A DNA stretch of 61,869 nt, counting the filler, from Candidatus Eiseniibacteriota bacterium (lineage in GTDB: Bacteria > Orphanbacterota > Orphanbacteria > Orphanbacterales > Orphanbacteraceae), in assembly GCA_043809585.1 (NCBI GenBank). It is 4 parts of 4 records of this genome, joined end to end, with 100 filler letters (N's around TTAATTAATTAA, not from the genome) between each part and the next. Parts side by side here need not be neighbours in the genome. Positions count along the whole stretch, not along the records: positions 1 to 27,836 come from JBDROZ010000067.1; 3 more parts are not named here. One strand, given 5' to 3'. This document shows positions 11,050 through 20,547 of this stretch, one piece after another. The notes under the pieces were generated by a model. That model saw only the letters and a list, made by a program, of their open reading frames with translations. It had not been told where the DNA came from and did not search any database. Made by a program: the position numbers and the translations under genes. Each line of letters opens with the position of its first letter. Position 1 is the first letter of the stretch.

Positions 11050-12365
11050 ACACGGCCGTGATCGACGGAAACAAATTCATGGAGACCGTGGAGAAGACCG
11101 ATCCGATCCGCCGGACCGGCCGGGTCATGGAGATCATCGGCCTGATCATCGAGTCGAAAGGCCCCGGCGTCTCGGTGGGAGACGCGTGCTCCATCGAGTG
11201 CCTCGGGGAGAACGGCCCGGTGCAGGCCGAGGTTGTCGGGTTCCGGGGCGAACGGGTGCTGCTCATGCCGCTCGGCGAGATCAGCGGTGTCGCGCCCGGC
11301 GCCTCCGTTTCCGCCTCCGGACGGCCCCTGCGCGTGCCGGTGGGCCACGAGCTGCTCGGGCGGGTGCTCGACGGGCTCGGCAACCCGATCGACGGCCTCG
11401 GCTCGACGGGCGCCAAGAAGACCCGGCCCTTGGTCCAGAAGCCGCCGAACCCGCTCACCCGGCGCCGCATCGCGTCGCCCCTCGCGACCGGGATCCGGTC
11501 GATCGACGCGCTCCTCACCTGCGGCAAGGGGCAGCGGGTGGGTATCTTCTCGGGGAGCGGCGTCGGCAAGAGCGTGCTTCTGGGCATGATCGCCCGGAGC
11601 TGCGAAGCGGACCTGAACGTGATCGCCCTCATCGGCGAGCGGGGCCGCGAAGTGCGGGACTTCATCGAGAAGGACCTCGGCCCCGAGGGGCTTCGGAAGT
11701 CGGTGGTGGTGGCGGTGACGTCCGATCAGGCGGCGCTGATTCGCCTGAAGGGGGCGCTCCTCGCGACCGCCATCGCGGAGCACTTCCGGGACCTCGGTCT
11801 CGACGTGATGCTCATGATGGACTCCCTCACCCGGGTCGCCATGTCCCAGCGCGAGATCGGCCTCGCCGTCGGCGAGCCGCCGACGACGAAAGGCTACCCG
11901 CCGTCGGTCTTCGCCTTCCTGCCCCGCCTTCTCGAGCGTTCGGGAACGTCGAGCGTCGGGAGCATCACCGGCCTCTACACGGTGCTCGTGGAAGGGGACG
12001 ACATGTCCGAGCCGGTCGCGGACGCGGCCCGCTCGATCCTGGACGGCCACATCATCCTCTCCCGCAAGCTCGCCGCCGAGAATCATTACCCGGCGGTGGA
12101 CGTGCTCGAGAGCGTGAGCCGCGTGATGATCGACGTGGTGGACGGGAAGCAGAAGAAGGAGGCGGCGCGGGTCCGGGAGGTCCTCGCCGTCTACCGCGAG
12201 TCGGAGGACCTGATCAACATCGGAGCGTACGTGAAGGGGAGCAATCCGCGAATCGACTTCGCGCTCTCCAAGATCGATCCGATCCGGGGGTTCCTGAGGC
12301 AGGGCATCGAGGAGCGGACCGGTTTCGACGAGACGGTCCGGCGCCTCGGGTCGTTGCTGAATTAG
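11046..12365 (+). CDS. fliI: Flagellum-specific export ATPase FliI
   Basis: Walker A GIFSGSGVGKS, LIGERGREV, MDSLTR, GEPP..KGYPPS; ATG overlaps the fliH stop. Confidence 0.97.
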   Translation: MNTAVIDGNKFMETVEKTDPIRRTGRVMEIIGLIIESKGPGVSVGDACSIECLGENGPVQAEVVGFRGERVLLMPLGEISGVAPGASVSASGRPLRVPVGHELLGRVLDGLGNPIDGLGSTGAKKTRPLVQKPPNPLTRRRIASPLATGIRSIDALLTCGKGQRVGIFSGSGVGKSVLLGMIARSCEADLNVIALIGERGREVRDFIEKDLGPEGLRKSVVVAVTSDQAALIRLKGALLATAIAEHFRDLGLDVMLMMDSLTRVAMSQREIGLAVGEPPTTKGYPPSVFAFLPRLLERSGTSSVGSITGLYTVLVEGDDMSEPVADAARSILDGHIILSRKLAAENHYPAVDVLESVSRVMIDVVDGKQKKEAARVREVLAVYRESEDLINIGAYVKGSNPRIDFALSKIDPIRGFLRQGIEERTGFDETVRRLGSLLN

Positions 12366-12373
12366 GGAAGGCC

Positions 12374-12817
12374 ATGGGATACCGCTTCCGGCTTCAGAAG
12401 GTGATGGACGTGAAGAAGCACGCCGAGGACCGGAAAAAAGAGGATCTGGCGGCGGCGATCCGCGTTCTCGACCGGGAGGAGCAACGGCTGGGCGATCTCC
12501 ACGAGAAGGGGGAGGAGTGCCGCCGGGAGATGATCCGGCCGACCGAGGAAGCCCTCGACATGGCCCGGGAGAAGATGAACTGGGAGCGCTTCCACGGGCT
12601 GATGGAAGAGATCCTGCGCCAGCGGAAGACGGTGGACCACTCCCGTAGCCGGGTCGACCGGGAGCGGGATGCCCTGGTCGAGGCCGCGAAAGCGCGCAAG
12701 ACCCTCGAGAGTCTCCGGGACCGGGGACTCCTCGAGTACATGCGGAATTGGCTGAAACGGGAACAGAAGGAGTCCGACGAGGTCGGTCGGGACACGTTTC
12801 TGAGAAATTCCAAGTAG
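12374..12817 (+). CDS. fliJ: Flagellar export protein FliJ
   Basis: MGYRFRLQKVM N-terminus, coiled coil, EQKESDE C-terminal motif; follows fliI. Confidence 0.9.
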   Translation: MGYRFRLQKVMDVKKHAEDRKKEDLAAAIRVLDREEQRLGDLHEKGEECRREMIRPTEEALDMAREKMNWERFHGLMEEILRQRKTVDHSRSRVDRERDALVEAAKARKTLESLRDRGLLEYMRNWLKREQKESDEVGRDTFLRNSK

Positions 12818-12874
12818 GAAGACCAAGGAGCCGGGTCCGCCCGGCGCCGGTCCGACTCACGGAGGAGAAGGACG

Positions 12875-13573
12875 ATGGCTGACGGCGAGGCGAAGAAAGA
12901 GAAGGGCGGAATCGGAAGGATCATTCTCCTGGCCGCCGGGGGAGTGGCCCTGTTCCTCGGGGCGATTCCCTTCTTCCTCCTCATGAACGGGATCTTGAAC
13001 TTCGAGGCGCCCCGGCTCCGACCCGCCGAGGCGTACGTCCTCGCGGACAGCGTGCTGGTCGCCTACCGGATGTCCCTCGAAGAGGCCGCGGAAGCCCCTC
13101 CGGAGGGGAGCCCGTCGGCGGCGGGGGCCGTCGCGGCCGAGATCCCCGCCGGGTCCGAAGCCGCGCCGGCGGCGATCGAAGGCCCCATGCCGGCGTCGGT
13201 GACGGTTGCCGCATCGACGGGAGGGACCGGCGCCGCGGAGACCCACGGGGTCCCGGAGGAGGCGGATTACGAGATGATGGGACCGCCCATTCCCGAATCG
13301 ATGCGCGAGCTGGTGAATCGGGAAGAGGAGGCGGCGGAGGAGAATCTCGATCAGATGATGGCCCTCCAGCCGGAGCGGATGGCCCGTCTCGTGCGGGTCT
13401 ACGAAAAAATGAGGCCGAAGCAGGTGGCCCTCATTCTCGGGACCATGCCCGAACGCCAGGCGTCGAGCATCCTGCGGGACATGAAGGACCAGTCGGCGGC
13501 CAAGGTGCTCGCCGAAATGGAGCCGAACAAGGCGGCTCGCATGAGCCAACTCCTGATCAGAGCGGCGGGATAA
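12875..13573 (+). CDS. MotE/YlxF/FlbB-like flagellar protein (N-terminal TM, MgtE-N-like repeats)
   Basis: LVRVYEKMRPKQVALIL..M...AAKVLAEMEP repeats; usual position between fliJ and fliK. Confidence 0.82.
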   Translation: MADGEAKKEKGGIGRIILLAAGGVALFLGAIPFFLLMNGILNFEAPRLRPAEAYVLADSVLVAYRMSLEEAAEAPPEGSPSAAGAVAAEIPAGSEAAPAAIEGPMPASVTVAASTGGTGAAETHGVPEEADYEMMGPPIPESMRELVNREEEAAEENLDQMMALQPERMARLVRVYEKMRPKQVALILGTMPERQASSILRDMKDQSAAKVLAEMEPNKAARMSQLLIRAAG

Positions 13574-15858
13574 TGAACTCGAGCGGAATCCAGAGTCTCT
13601 TTGACGCGATCCTCGGAGGGGGCCGCGGGGCTGCGTTCCCTCTCGGGGAGGGCGTTCCCGTGAATGCCCCGGCGCCGGGGGGCGGTTTCGCCCCGCTGCT
13701 GGCGTCTCTCGGGGAAGCCCCGGCTGTGGCCGGCGGCGCCGATCCGAAGCCCGAAGATGGCGGCCCGGTCCGCTTCGAGCCCCGCCGCCCCCCCGCCGCG
13801 GGACGGGTGGCCGGGGGTGGTTCCGGGGAGGACCTCGCCGGGCGGGCCGTGTCCGCGGAGACGATTCTCCCGGCGGCCACGGAGACGATTATTCCGGCGG
13901 CCACGGAAGGGGCGCCGGATGGGGCCGGCCCGTTCGCCCCCGTCGAAGGGACCGATTCGAGCGACGGCGGGGGTCCCGCCCCCTTCCCGAGGAACCCGGA
14001 GGGCGAGGCGCGGATCGAGTCGGTCCACGGACCCGCTCCGGTCGAGGGGGCGGAGGCCCCCGCCCGGCCGCCCATGGGCGAATCGCCCGCCGCCTCTCCG
14101 GCGAGGAGTCCGGCCATGGCCGCCGGGGAACCGATCGAGCCCGCCCGGATCGGGACGGGCGATCCGGGGCCGGCGACACCTTCCCCGGCAGACCGGACCG
14201 AGCTTTTCGAAGGTCATGAGGTTTCGAGGAAGCCCTCGCTCCCGGGCCCGGACGTCACGGGCGACCGCCGGAAACCGCCGGCCTCTCTCCCCGCCGGCTC
14301 CGATCCCGCGACCGACCGGTCGCCGGAGAAGAAGTTCCCGGCTCCGGCCGCGGCGAATCTGTCGGAGAGGGGAGCCCCGAAGGGGATTCCGGAAGGCCCC
14401 GTCGGGGAGACCGCGCCGGCGCCGTCGAAAGGGGGAGCCGGGTTCGAGCGGGTGAACATGACCCCCGAAGGGGAGGAGCGGGCCGAGCCGCGGCCGGCGC
14501 CGGAAGTCCCCCCGTCAAGCCCGGACAACGGTGACGGGCGCCGGGCCGAGATGACTTTGGCTTCGGAGGATCCGGTCCTCTCCGACCTCGCCATCCGGGA
14601 CCGGAAAGCGCCCCCCGCCGATCGCGGAGAGGGCGTGCGTGCGAACCCGAAGATGCTCCGGGCGGCCGGCCCGGCGCGGGAGACGGCCGCTCTTGCGGCG
14701 GTGGAGACCTCGGACGGGGCGCCGGCGCCGGAAGCCCCGCCCGAGGGCCCGAAGTTCGAACGGTTCACCCGGAGCCGGCCGGCCCCGGCGCACGCCGGCG
14801 GTGACCCCGACCTTCCCGTTCCCGACCTGCCGAAGGGCGCCCCCATCGAGGAGATCGGGCTCGAAGAGATGAGGGTGCGGTTCGTGAGGCCGGCGGCCCC
14901 GGCCCCCCCGCCGAGGCCGGCGAAGGTGGCGGCCGCTCCGGCGCGGCAGGAGTTCCGTCTCCCCTTCTCCTCCGGTCCGGCGCTTCCGGGCGGGATCGAC
15001 GGCCTCCGGGCGATCACCCGGACGCTGGGAACGGAAACGGCGGGACCCGTCATCGGCGAGAGCGACACCCCGGTGACGGAGAAGGCCGCGCACTCCGGAC
15101 GGTTCGCGGCCGATCAGGGGGGCGCCGAACCCCCCGTGAAGGCAACGGCGGAGGAGATGACGCCGGCCCTTTCTGCGGAAGAAATGGACGGGCCGGCCCT
15201 CGGTACCGCCTCCGGACGGAAAGCGGCCGGCCTCGAGGGGGGGGGCGCGGGCGTTCTCGAGCCGGCCCTTTCCACGACCGGGCAGACGGGCCCGGCCGAA
15301 TCCGTTTCCCGGCCCGCTCCGGCATGGAATCCGGCGGGCGCGAGCGCGGGGGAGCCGTGGAACGGTGCGGCGGCCCCCGCCCGAGGGGCGGCGCCCACGG
15401 CGGACATCGCGGGGGTTCGTCCGACCGTCCCGAGTCCCCTCGCCTTCCGCGAGGAGATTCTGGACCGGATCGCGGACGGCATGCGGGCCACCCTGGGGCG
15501 GGGTCGAAACGAGGCGGAGATCCGTCTCGACCCGCCGGAGCTCGGACGAGTTCACGTGAAGATCACCGTATCGGACTCGTCGGTCCACGGGGTGATTCAC
15601 GTGGAGAGCGCCGCGGTGAAGGCGCTGGTCGAAGCGGACCTGACGAGGCTCGGGGCCGCGCTCACCGAAGGCGGGCTCGCCCTCGACCGGTTCGACGTGC
15701 TGCTCCAAGGCGAGCGGCGGTCCCCCGACGGCCGGGGGGGTGACGGGCGGCGTTCGGCCGGCCCGGGACGTTTCGTGGAAGAGGAAGTGATGGAGCCGGC
15801 CGGGCCGGCTCTCGCGGCCGCCGCCGGCGGCACGGGCCGGGTGGACTACTTGTTCTAG
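13573..15858 (+). CDS. fliK: Flagellar hook-length control protein FliK
   Basis: Long Pro/Ala/Gly-rich region followed by AEIRLDPPELGRVHVKI (T3S4 domain) and terminal GRVDYLF. Confidence 0.9.
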   Translation: MNSSGIQSLFDAILGGGRGAAFPLGEGVPVNAPAPGGGFAPLLASLGEAPAVAGGADPKPEDGGPVRFEPRRPPAAGRVAGGGSGEDLAGRAVSAETILPAATETIIPAATEGAPDGAGPFAPVEGTDSSDGGGPAPFPRNPEGEARIESVHGPAPVEGAEAPARPPMGESPAASPARSPAMAAGEPIEPARIGTGDPGPATPSPADRTELFEGHEVSRKPSLPGPDVTGDRRKPPASLPAGSDPATDRSPEKKFPAPAAANLSERGAPKGIPEGPVGETAPAPSKGGAGFERVNMTPEGEERAEPRPAPEVPPSSPDNGDGRRAEMTLASEDPVLSDLAIRDRKAPPADRGEGVRANPKMLRAAGPARETAALAAVETSDGAPAPEAPPEGPKFERFTRSRPAPAHAGGDPDLPVPDLPKGAPIEEIGLEEMRVRFVRPAAPAPPPRPAKVAAAPARQEFRLPFSSGPALPGGIDGLRAITRTLGTETAGPVIGESDTPVTEKAAHSGRFAADQGGAEPPVKATAEEMTPALSAEEMDGPALGTASGRKAAGLEGGGAGVLEPALSTTGQTGPAESVSRPAPAWNPAGASAGEPWNGAAAPARGAAPTADIAGVRPTVPSPLAFREEILDRIADGMRATLGRGRNEAEIRLDPPELGRVHVKITVSDSSVHGVIHVESAAVKALVEADLTRLGAALTEGGLALDRFDVLLQGERRSPDGRGGDGRRSAGPGRFVEEEVMEPAGPALAAAAGGTGRVDYLF

Positions 15859-15882
15859 CCGGGCCGGGAGGAGGAATCAAAC

Positions 15883-16563
15883 GTGGAGATCGGATCGGTC
15901 CTGGGCGTCCGGACCCAATCGGACGGGAGCGTGACCGGGCTGGGAAGCGGAACTCTCGGCAAACAGGAGTTCCTCGAACTCCTGCTCACGCAGCTGCAGA
16001 TGCAGGATCCCTTCGAGCCGCTGGACAACGAGGCGATGATCGCCCAGCTCGCCCAGTTCAGCTCTCTCGAGCAGCTGGCGAACATGAACACCAGTCTCGA
16101 CAACAACCTCGAGATGGATCTCGTGCTCGGCCAGCTTCTCAACAACACCATGGCCACCACGCTGATCGGGCGGGAGGTGACCGTGGCGATGGATTCGTTC
16201 CACCTCGGCGGGGGCGGGTCGGCCGATCTCGGCTATCGCCTCGCGGGGGGCGCCCTCGAGGTGACGGCCTCGGTGTACGACGCGGCGGACAACCTGGTCG
16301 CCGAGATCGAAGGCCTTCCCGGCGAGGAGGGGGACCATACCTTCTCGTGGGACGGGACGGACCTGGACGGGGATCCTCTCCCGGCGGGCGTCTACCGGTT
16401 CTCGGTGAGCGCCAATGCGGGCGACGAGACTCCGGTTCATGTCCTGGAGACGATCGTCGGCGTGGTCGACGGGGTTCGATACAGGGACGGCAACGCGCGC
16501 CTCGTGCTCGGCGAGGACGAAGTGTTCATGAGTGACGTCTTGCAGGTAACCCAAAAGGACTGA
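15883..16563 (+). CDS. flgD: Flagellar hook capping protein FlgD
   Basis: LGKQEFLELLLTQLQMQDPFEP..N..MIAQLAQFSSLEQ; FSWDGTD Ig-like domain. Confidence 0.96.
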   Translation: MEIGSVLGVRTQSDGSVTGLGSGTLGKQEFLELLLTQLQMQDPFEPLDNEAMIAQLAQFSSLEQLANMNTSLDNNLEMDLVLGQLLNNTMATTLIGREVTVAMDSFHLGGGGSADLGYRLAGGALEVTASVYDAADNLVAEIEGLPGEEGDHTFSWDGTDLDGDPLPAGVYRFSVSANAGDETPVHVLETIVGVVDGVRYRDGNARLVLGEDEVFMSDVLQVTQKD

Positions 16564-16577
16564 GCGGAGAAAACGTC

Positions 16578-16958
16578 ATGGGAGGAGGTGAGAGATTGAA
16601 CGGAATTCAGGGAGTCGGGCCACCGATCGCGCCCCGAGGCGCGGCGCCCTCTCCCGGCGGGCCGGTCGACAAGGAGTTCCACGCCGAATTCGACGAGGCG
16701 CTCCGGAAGCACGACCTGAAGTTCTCGCGCCACGCGCTGGACCGGCTGCGGACGCGCAACGTTTCCCTCGGCTCGACTGAGGTGGAGCGTCTCGGAAGCG
16801 CCGTCGCCCAGGCGGGGCGGAAGGGAGCCCGGGAGTCGCTGGTGCTGCTCGACGAACTCGCGTTCGTCGTCAGCGTTCGGAACCGGACCGTGATCACGGC
16901 GCTGCAGGGGAAACAGAGCGGCGTCTTTACATCGATCGACAGTGCGGTGATCGCCTAG
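16578..16958 (+). CDS. Flagellar operon protein of unknown function (TIGR02530-like)
   Basis: LKFSRHALDRLRTRNV...AFVVSVRNRTVITAL...VFTSIDSAVI; between flgD and flgE. Confidence 0.88.
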   Translation: MGGGERLNGIQGVGPPIAPRGAAPSPGGPVDKEFHAEFDEALRKHDLKFSRHALDRLRTRNVSLGSTEVERLGSAVAQAGRKGARESLVLLDELAFVVSVRNRTVITALQGKQSGVFTSIDSAVIA

Positions 16959-16974
16959 TCGATGAAACCGAAAC

Positions 16975-17040
16975 AGGACCGGACCTCCCGGAGCGGGAGG
17001 GGGTCCTTCACCGCGGAATGACGGAAGCGGTGATGGAGGA
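16975..17040 (+). promoter_or_regulatory. Two-hairpin GGA-rich structured leader upstream of flgE (candidate cis-regulatory RNA)
   Basis: AGGACC/GGTCCT plus CCTCCC/GGGAGG stems with loop GGAGC; TCACCGC/GCGGTGA stem with loop GGAATGACGGAA; SD GGAGGA follows immediately. Confidence 0.55.
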
Positions 17041-17047
17041 TTGAGCT

Positions 17048-18970
17048 ATGTCGGGTATGGCCGCGTTTTACGCCGCCGTCTCGGGCGTGAAAGGTCAGCT
17101 GTTCAGCATGAGCATCGTCGGGAACAATATCTCGAACACGAACACCCACGGGTTCAAGACCGGTCGGGTGACGTTCCGGGAGTCTCTCGTGCAGACCCTC
17201 CGGGGGCCGAGCGCGCCGAGGGAGAACTTCGGCGGGCAGAGCGCCCTGCAGGTCGGGCTCGGGATGCAGGTCGGGAGCGTCGACGTCGACCGGACCCAAG
17301 GAATGCTCCAGCAGACGGGCATCGTGACCGACCTCGCCGTGGACGGAGACGGCTACTTCATTCTGAGCGACGGGCAGACGGACTACTTCACCCGGGCGGG
17401 CAACTTCGTCTTCGACGCGAACGGGAACCTGACCTCGCCGGGCAACGGACTGATCGTGCAGGGCTGGCTCGCCGACGACAGCGGGAACATCCCGACCGGC
17501 GCGCCCCTCGAGCATCTGACCCTCCCCTTCGGCGAGACGTCCCCCGCCCGGGCGTCCACCCAGGTCGATTTCAGCGCGAACCTCGACGCTGGCGCCTCGG
17601 ACAGCGTCGCCGAACTGACCAGCGCGGGAACCACGGGCATCAGCGCCGTTTCGGGCACCGCCGCGGATGGTGCGGGCGGTGTTCACACGATCACGGTCTT
17701 GGGGGCGAACGCCACCCAGAGCACGAACACGGGAACCAACGCGGCGTCCGTCGTGCTGACGGGGAACGAAACCCTGACCTCTCTCGGCGTGACCGACGCC
17801 TCGACCCTGACGATCACCGTGGACGGCGGCGAAACCTACGACGTGCTCGGTCTCACGATCGACTCGACCGTGGGCGAGCTCGTCCAGGCCATCAACAACC
17901 TGGGCGCCGGGGTGACCGCCGAGATCGACGGCGGTGAGGTGAAGTTGACCCGGAACTACTACGGCGTCGGCACGATCTACAACATCGAGACGAACGTCGG
18001 CGTGGCCGGCGACATCGCGGCGGAGATCTTCGGCGCGACCGGTTCGTCCTTCAGCGCCGACAACGGCACCGCGAGCACCCTCACGGCGACGGACAGTTTC
18101 ACCCCCACCGGCCGGGCGGCCATGGCGGCCGAGAACCTGACCTTGGCCTACGACTCGAACACCGGGCTGGTGACCGGGATCACGGAGCTCGCCGACGGAG
18201 GCATTTCGATCATCGCCGAGAGCGGTCTTGCCGCCGGTACGGCGGCGATCGGCACCGAGGACACCCAGCACCTCACCTCGATCCTGGTGTACGACACGCT
18301 CGGCGTGAAGCACACGCTCAACATGACGTTCACGAAGTCGGCGACCCAGAACAAGTGGTACTGGGAGACGAGCTTCGAGGACAACGAGATCATCATGGGC
18401 GGACGGACCGGCACGATCGAGTTCAATTCGAACGGTTCGTTCCGGACCTTCTCCTTCGATGACGGGAGCGAGTATTTCTCCTTCGCGCCGGAAACGGGCG
18501 CCGACAATCTGCGCGTCTCGTTCAACACGGGAAACTCGAACAGCTTCAGCGGCCTGACCCAGTTCTCGTCCCCCTTCACGGCGAAGGCGATCGGCCAGGA
18601 CGGGTACGGCATGGGGAATCTGTCGGAAATCACCGTGGACACGTCCGGAAAGATCACGGGGCTGTTCACCAACGGCGTTCTCCGCAACATGGGGCAGGTG
18701 GTGCTTTCCACGTTCAAGAACCCGGATGGGCTCACCCGAATCGGCGGCAACCTGTACCAGGTGTCGCCGAACTCGGGGCACAGCATCACCGGGGCCGCCG
18801 GCACGACGATCGACGCCTCCATCGTCTCGAAGTCGCTGGAGATGTCCAACGTGGACCTGGCGGAGGAGTTCACGCGAATGATCACCGCGCAGCGCGGCTT
18901 CCAGGCCAACGCGCGGGTGATTACGTCCGGTGACGAGATCCTCATGGATCTCATGAATCTGAAGCGGTAA
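17048..18970 (+). CDS. flgE: Flagellar hook protein FlgE (long form)
   Basis: VGNNISNTNTHGFK, TDLAVDGDGYF, FTRAGNF, LEMSNVDLAEEFTRMI.AQRGFQANAR. Confidence 0.96.
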   Translation: MSGMAAFYAAVSGVKGQLFSMSIVGNNISNTNTHGFKTGRVTFRESLVQTLRGPSAPRENFGGQSALQVGLGMQVGSVDVDRTQGMLQQTGIVTDLAVDGDGYFILSDGQTDYFTRAGNFVFDANGNLTSPGNGLIVQGWLADDSGNIPTGAPLEHLTLPFGETSPARASTQVDFSANLDAGASDSVAELTSAGTTGISAVSGTAADGAGGVHTITVLGANATQSTNTGTNAASVVLTGNETLTSLGVTDASTLTITVDGGETYDVLGLTIDSTVGELVQAINNLGAGVTAEIDGGEVKLTRNYYGVGTIYNIETNVGVAGDIAAEIFGATGSSFSADNGTASTLTATDSFTPTGRAAMAAENLTLAYDSNTGLVTGITELADGGISIIAESGLAAGTAAIGTEDTQHLTSILVYDTLGVKHTLNMTFTKSATQNKWYWETSFEDNEIIMGGRTGTIEFNSNGSFRTFSFDDGSEYFSFAPETGADNLRVSFNTGNSNSFSGLTQFSSPFTAKAIGQDGYGMGNLSEITVDTSGKITGLFTNGVLRNMGQVVLSTFKNPDGLTRIGGNLYQVSPNSGHSITGAAGTTIDASIVSKSLEMSNVDLAEEFTRMITAQRGFQANARVITSGDEILMDLMNLKR

Positions 18971-19040
18971 TTCCGATGAGACGGGGACTGGGGACGCTCC
19001 CGGATCCACCCTCGCGGGATCGCCGTGAGGAGGGAACTAC

Positions 19041-19613
19041 GTGGCTGACGAAAAGCAAGCGGTCGCGGCAGGCGCGGGAGCGTCTCCTCCCCCGGGGGAG
19101 GGGACCCAGGGGAAAGGCCCGGACGGCGGTTCGGGCAGACTGAAGGCGTGGATCATCATCGTCACGACGGTGGTCTACGCCGGCCTCGTGGCGGGGTCGT
19201 CCCTGTTCACGCAGTACGTGGTCACGCCGTCGGTCTCCTCCCGCCTCATCGAGAAGGAGAAGGAACGGATCGCCGAAATCGAAAGCCGGGGCGATGGCGA
19301 CATCGCTCCATTCGGGTCCGTCTACGTGATCGAGGATCTGGTCGTGAACCCGGCGGGCTCCGCGGGCATGCGTTACGTCTGCGTGAGCGTCGGGCTCGAG
19401 TCGCACAGCCTTGAGGTGATCAAGGAACTCGAACTCCGGGATGCCCAGGTCAAGGACGCCCTCATCACCATTTTCGGATCCAAGTCGGTCGACGATCTCG
19501 TGGACGTGGGGGCCCGGGAGGTGATGCGCGGGGAAATCCGGGACCGCATCGAGAAGGTCCTTCCTCCGGAAGGCCTCGACGCCGTCTATTTCGTCAACTT
19601 CGTGCTCCAGTAG
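19041..19613 (+). CDS. fliL: Flagellar basal body-associated protein FliL
   Basis: Single TM, VVNPA...RYV, QVKDALI, terminal VYFVNFVLQ. Confidence 0.92.
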   Translation: MADEKQAVAAGAGASPPPGEGTQGKGPDGGSGRLKAWIIIVTTVVYAGLVAGSSLFTQYVVTPSVSSRLIEKEKERIAEIESRGDGDIAPFGSVYVIEDLVVNPAGSAGMRYVCVSVGLESHSLEVIKELELRDAQVKDALITIFGSKSVDDLVDVGAREVMRGEIRDRIEKVLPPEGLDAVYFVNFVLQ

Positions 19614-19623
19614 GGGTGCCGGC

Positions 19624-20487
19624 ATGGACAGGGTGGAAGAACAAGGCGAGAGCCGGGTTCGCCCGTACGACTTCCGGCAACCCGAACGGCTCGGCGTCGA
19701 AGGCCGGGATCGCCTCGCGGCGATACACGCCCATCTCGGCCGGGGGATCGCCCGCGCCCTCGCGGACCATCTCTCGATCGAGTGCGCCGTCGAGTTCGCG
19801 CGCACTTCCGAAGAACTGCCCGCCCGGCTGCTCCAGGCGCCGTCGGACTTCCTCTATTCCTTCCCCCTCTCCTCCTCGCCGGAACGGTTCATCCTGTTCC
19901 GTCTCTCCGGGCCCCTCGGCCAGGCGATCGTGGATCGTCTTCTCGGAGGTCCCGGAGAGACCCGCGAGGTCGACCGTTTTCCCTCCGCGATCGAGACCAC
20001 GCTGCTCGCTCCCATCGCGGCCGGAGTCGGCGGATCCCTCGCCACGGGCGGGGGGGCCGCCCCCGCGGCGCCGGTTCCGATGGGAGCGGAAAAGCGCACG
20101 GCGTTCCCCGGCTCCTCCGGGGTCATCGCCTCCTTCGACGCGACCCTCGGCGCGGGGAACGGTGTTCTCGAGCTCTTCTATCCGTACGAAGCGGTGACGG
20201 AGGTCCTGGGCGTCCGCTTGGGGGACGAAGAGCATGGGGGGGGCGCCGCGGGCGAGAAGATGACGGAGAAGCACATCGGCCATGTCCCTCTTCCGGTCCG
20301 GGTCCGGCTCCTGCCGACGCCCATACAGATCCGGGACATCGCCTCCCTCCGGGAGGGGGACGTGCTCTACCTGGACCGGAAACTGGATGACGAAGTGGAA
20401 GTCCGCGTCGGCGGCCACCGGGCCTTCTTCGGCTATCCGGGAGCCGTCGACGGTCGGATCGGTATTCAAGTAAGCCGTCGAACGTAG
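19624..20487 (+). CDS. fliM: Divergent flagellar switch protein FliM lacking the N-terminal CheY-binding peptide
   Basis: PYDFRQP, IVDRLLGGPG (FliG-binding GGxG), C-terminal SpoA domain LREGDVLYL; between fliL and fliN. Confidence 0.82.
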   Translation: MDRVEEQGESRVRPYDFRQPERLGVEGRDRLAAIHAHLGRGIARALADHLSIECAVEFARTSEELPARLLQAPSDFLYSFPLSSSPERFILFRLSGPLGQAIVDRLLGGPGETREVDRFPSAIETTLLAPIAAGVGGSLATGGGAAPAAPVPMGAEKRTAFPGSSGVIASFDATLGAGNGVLELFYPYEAVTEVLGVRLGDEEHGGGAAGEKMTEKHIGHVPLPVRVRLLPTPIQIRDIASLREGDVLYLDRKLDDEVEVRVGGHRAFFGYPGAVDGRIGIQVSRRT

Positions 20488-20547
20488 TCGGCGGCCAATC
20501 AGCCGTCGAAGGCAGTCGGCGGTGGTCCTGCGGGAAAGGAGTCCGGC

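Noticed and set aside
7503-12860. 1785-aa minus-strand ORF (also 21467-27661, 21616-26631, 29057-32500)
   Set aside because: Shadow or alternative-frame ORFs of high-GC genes with no recognisable motifs; the real genes are well supported.
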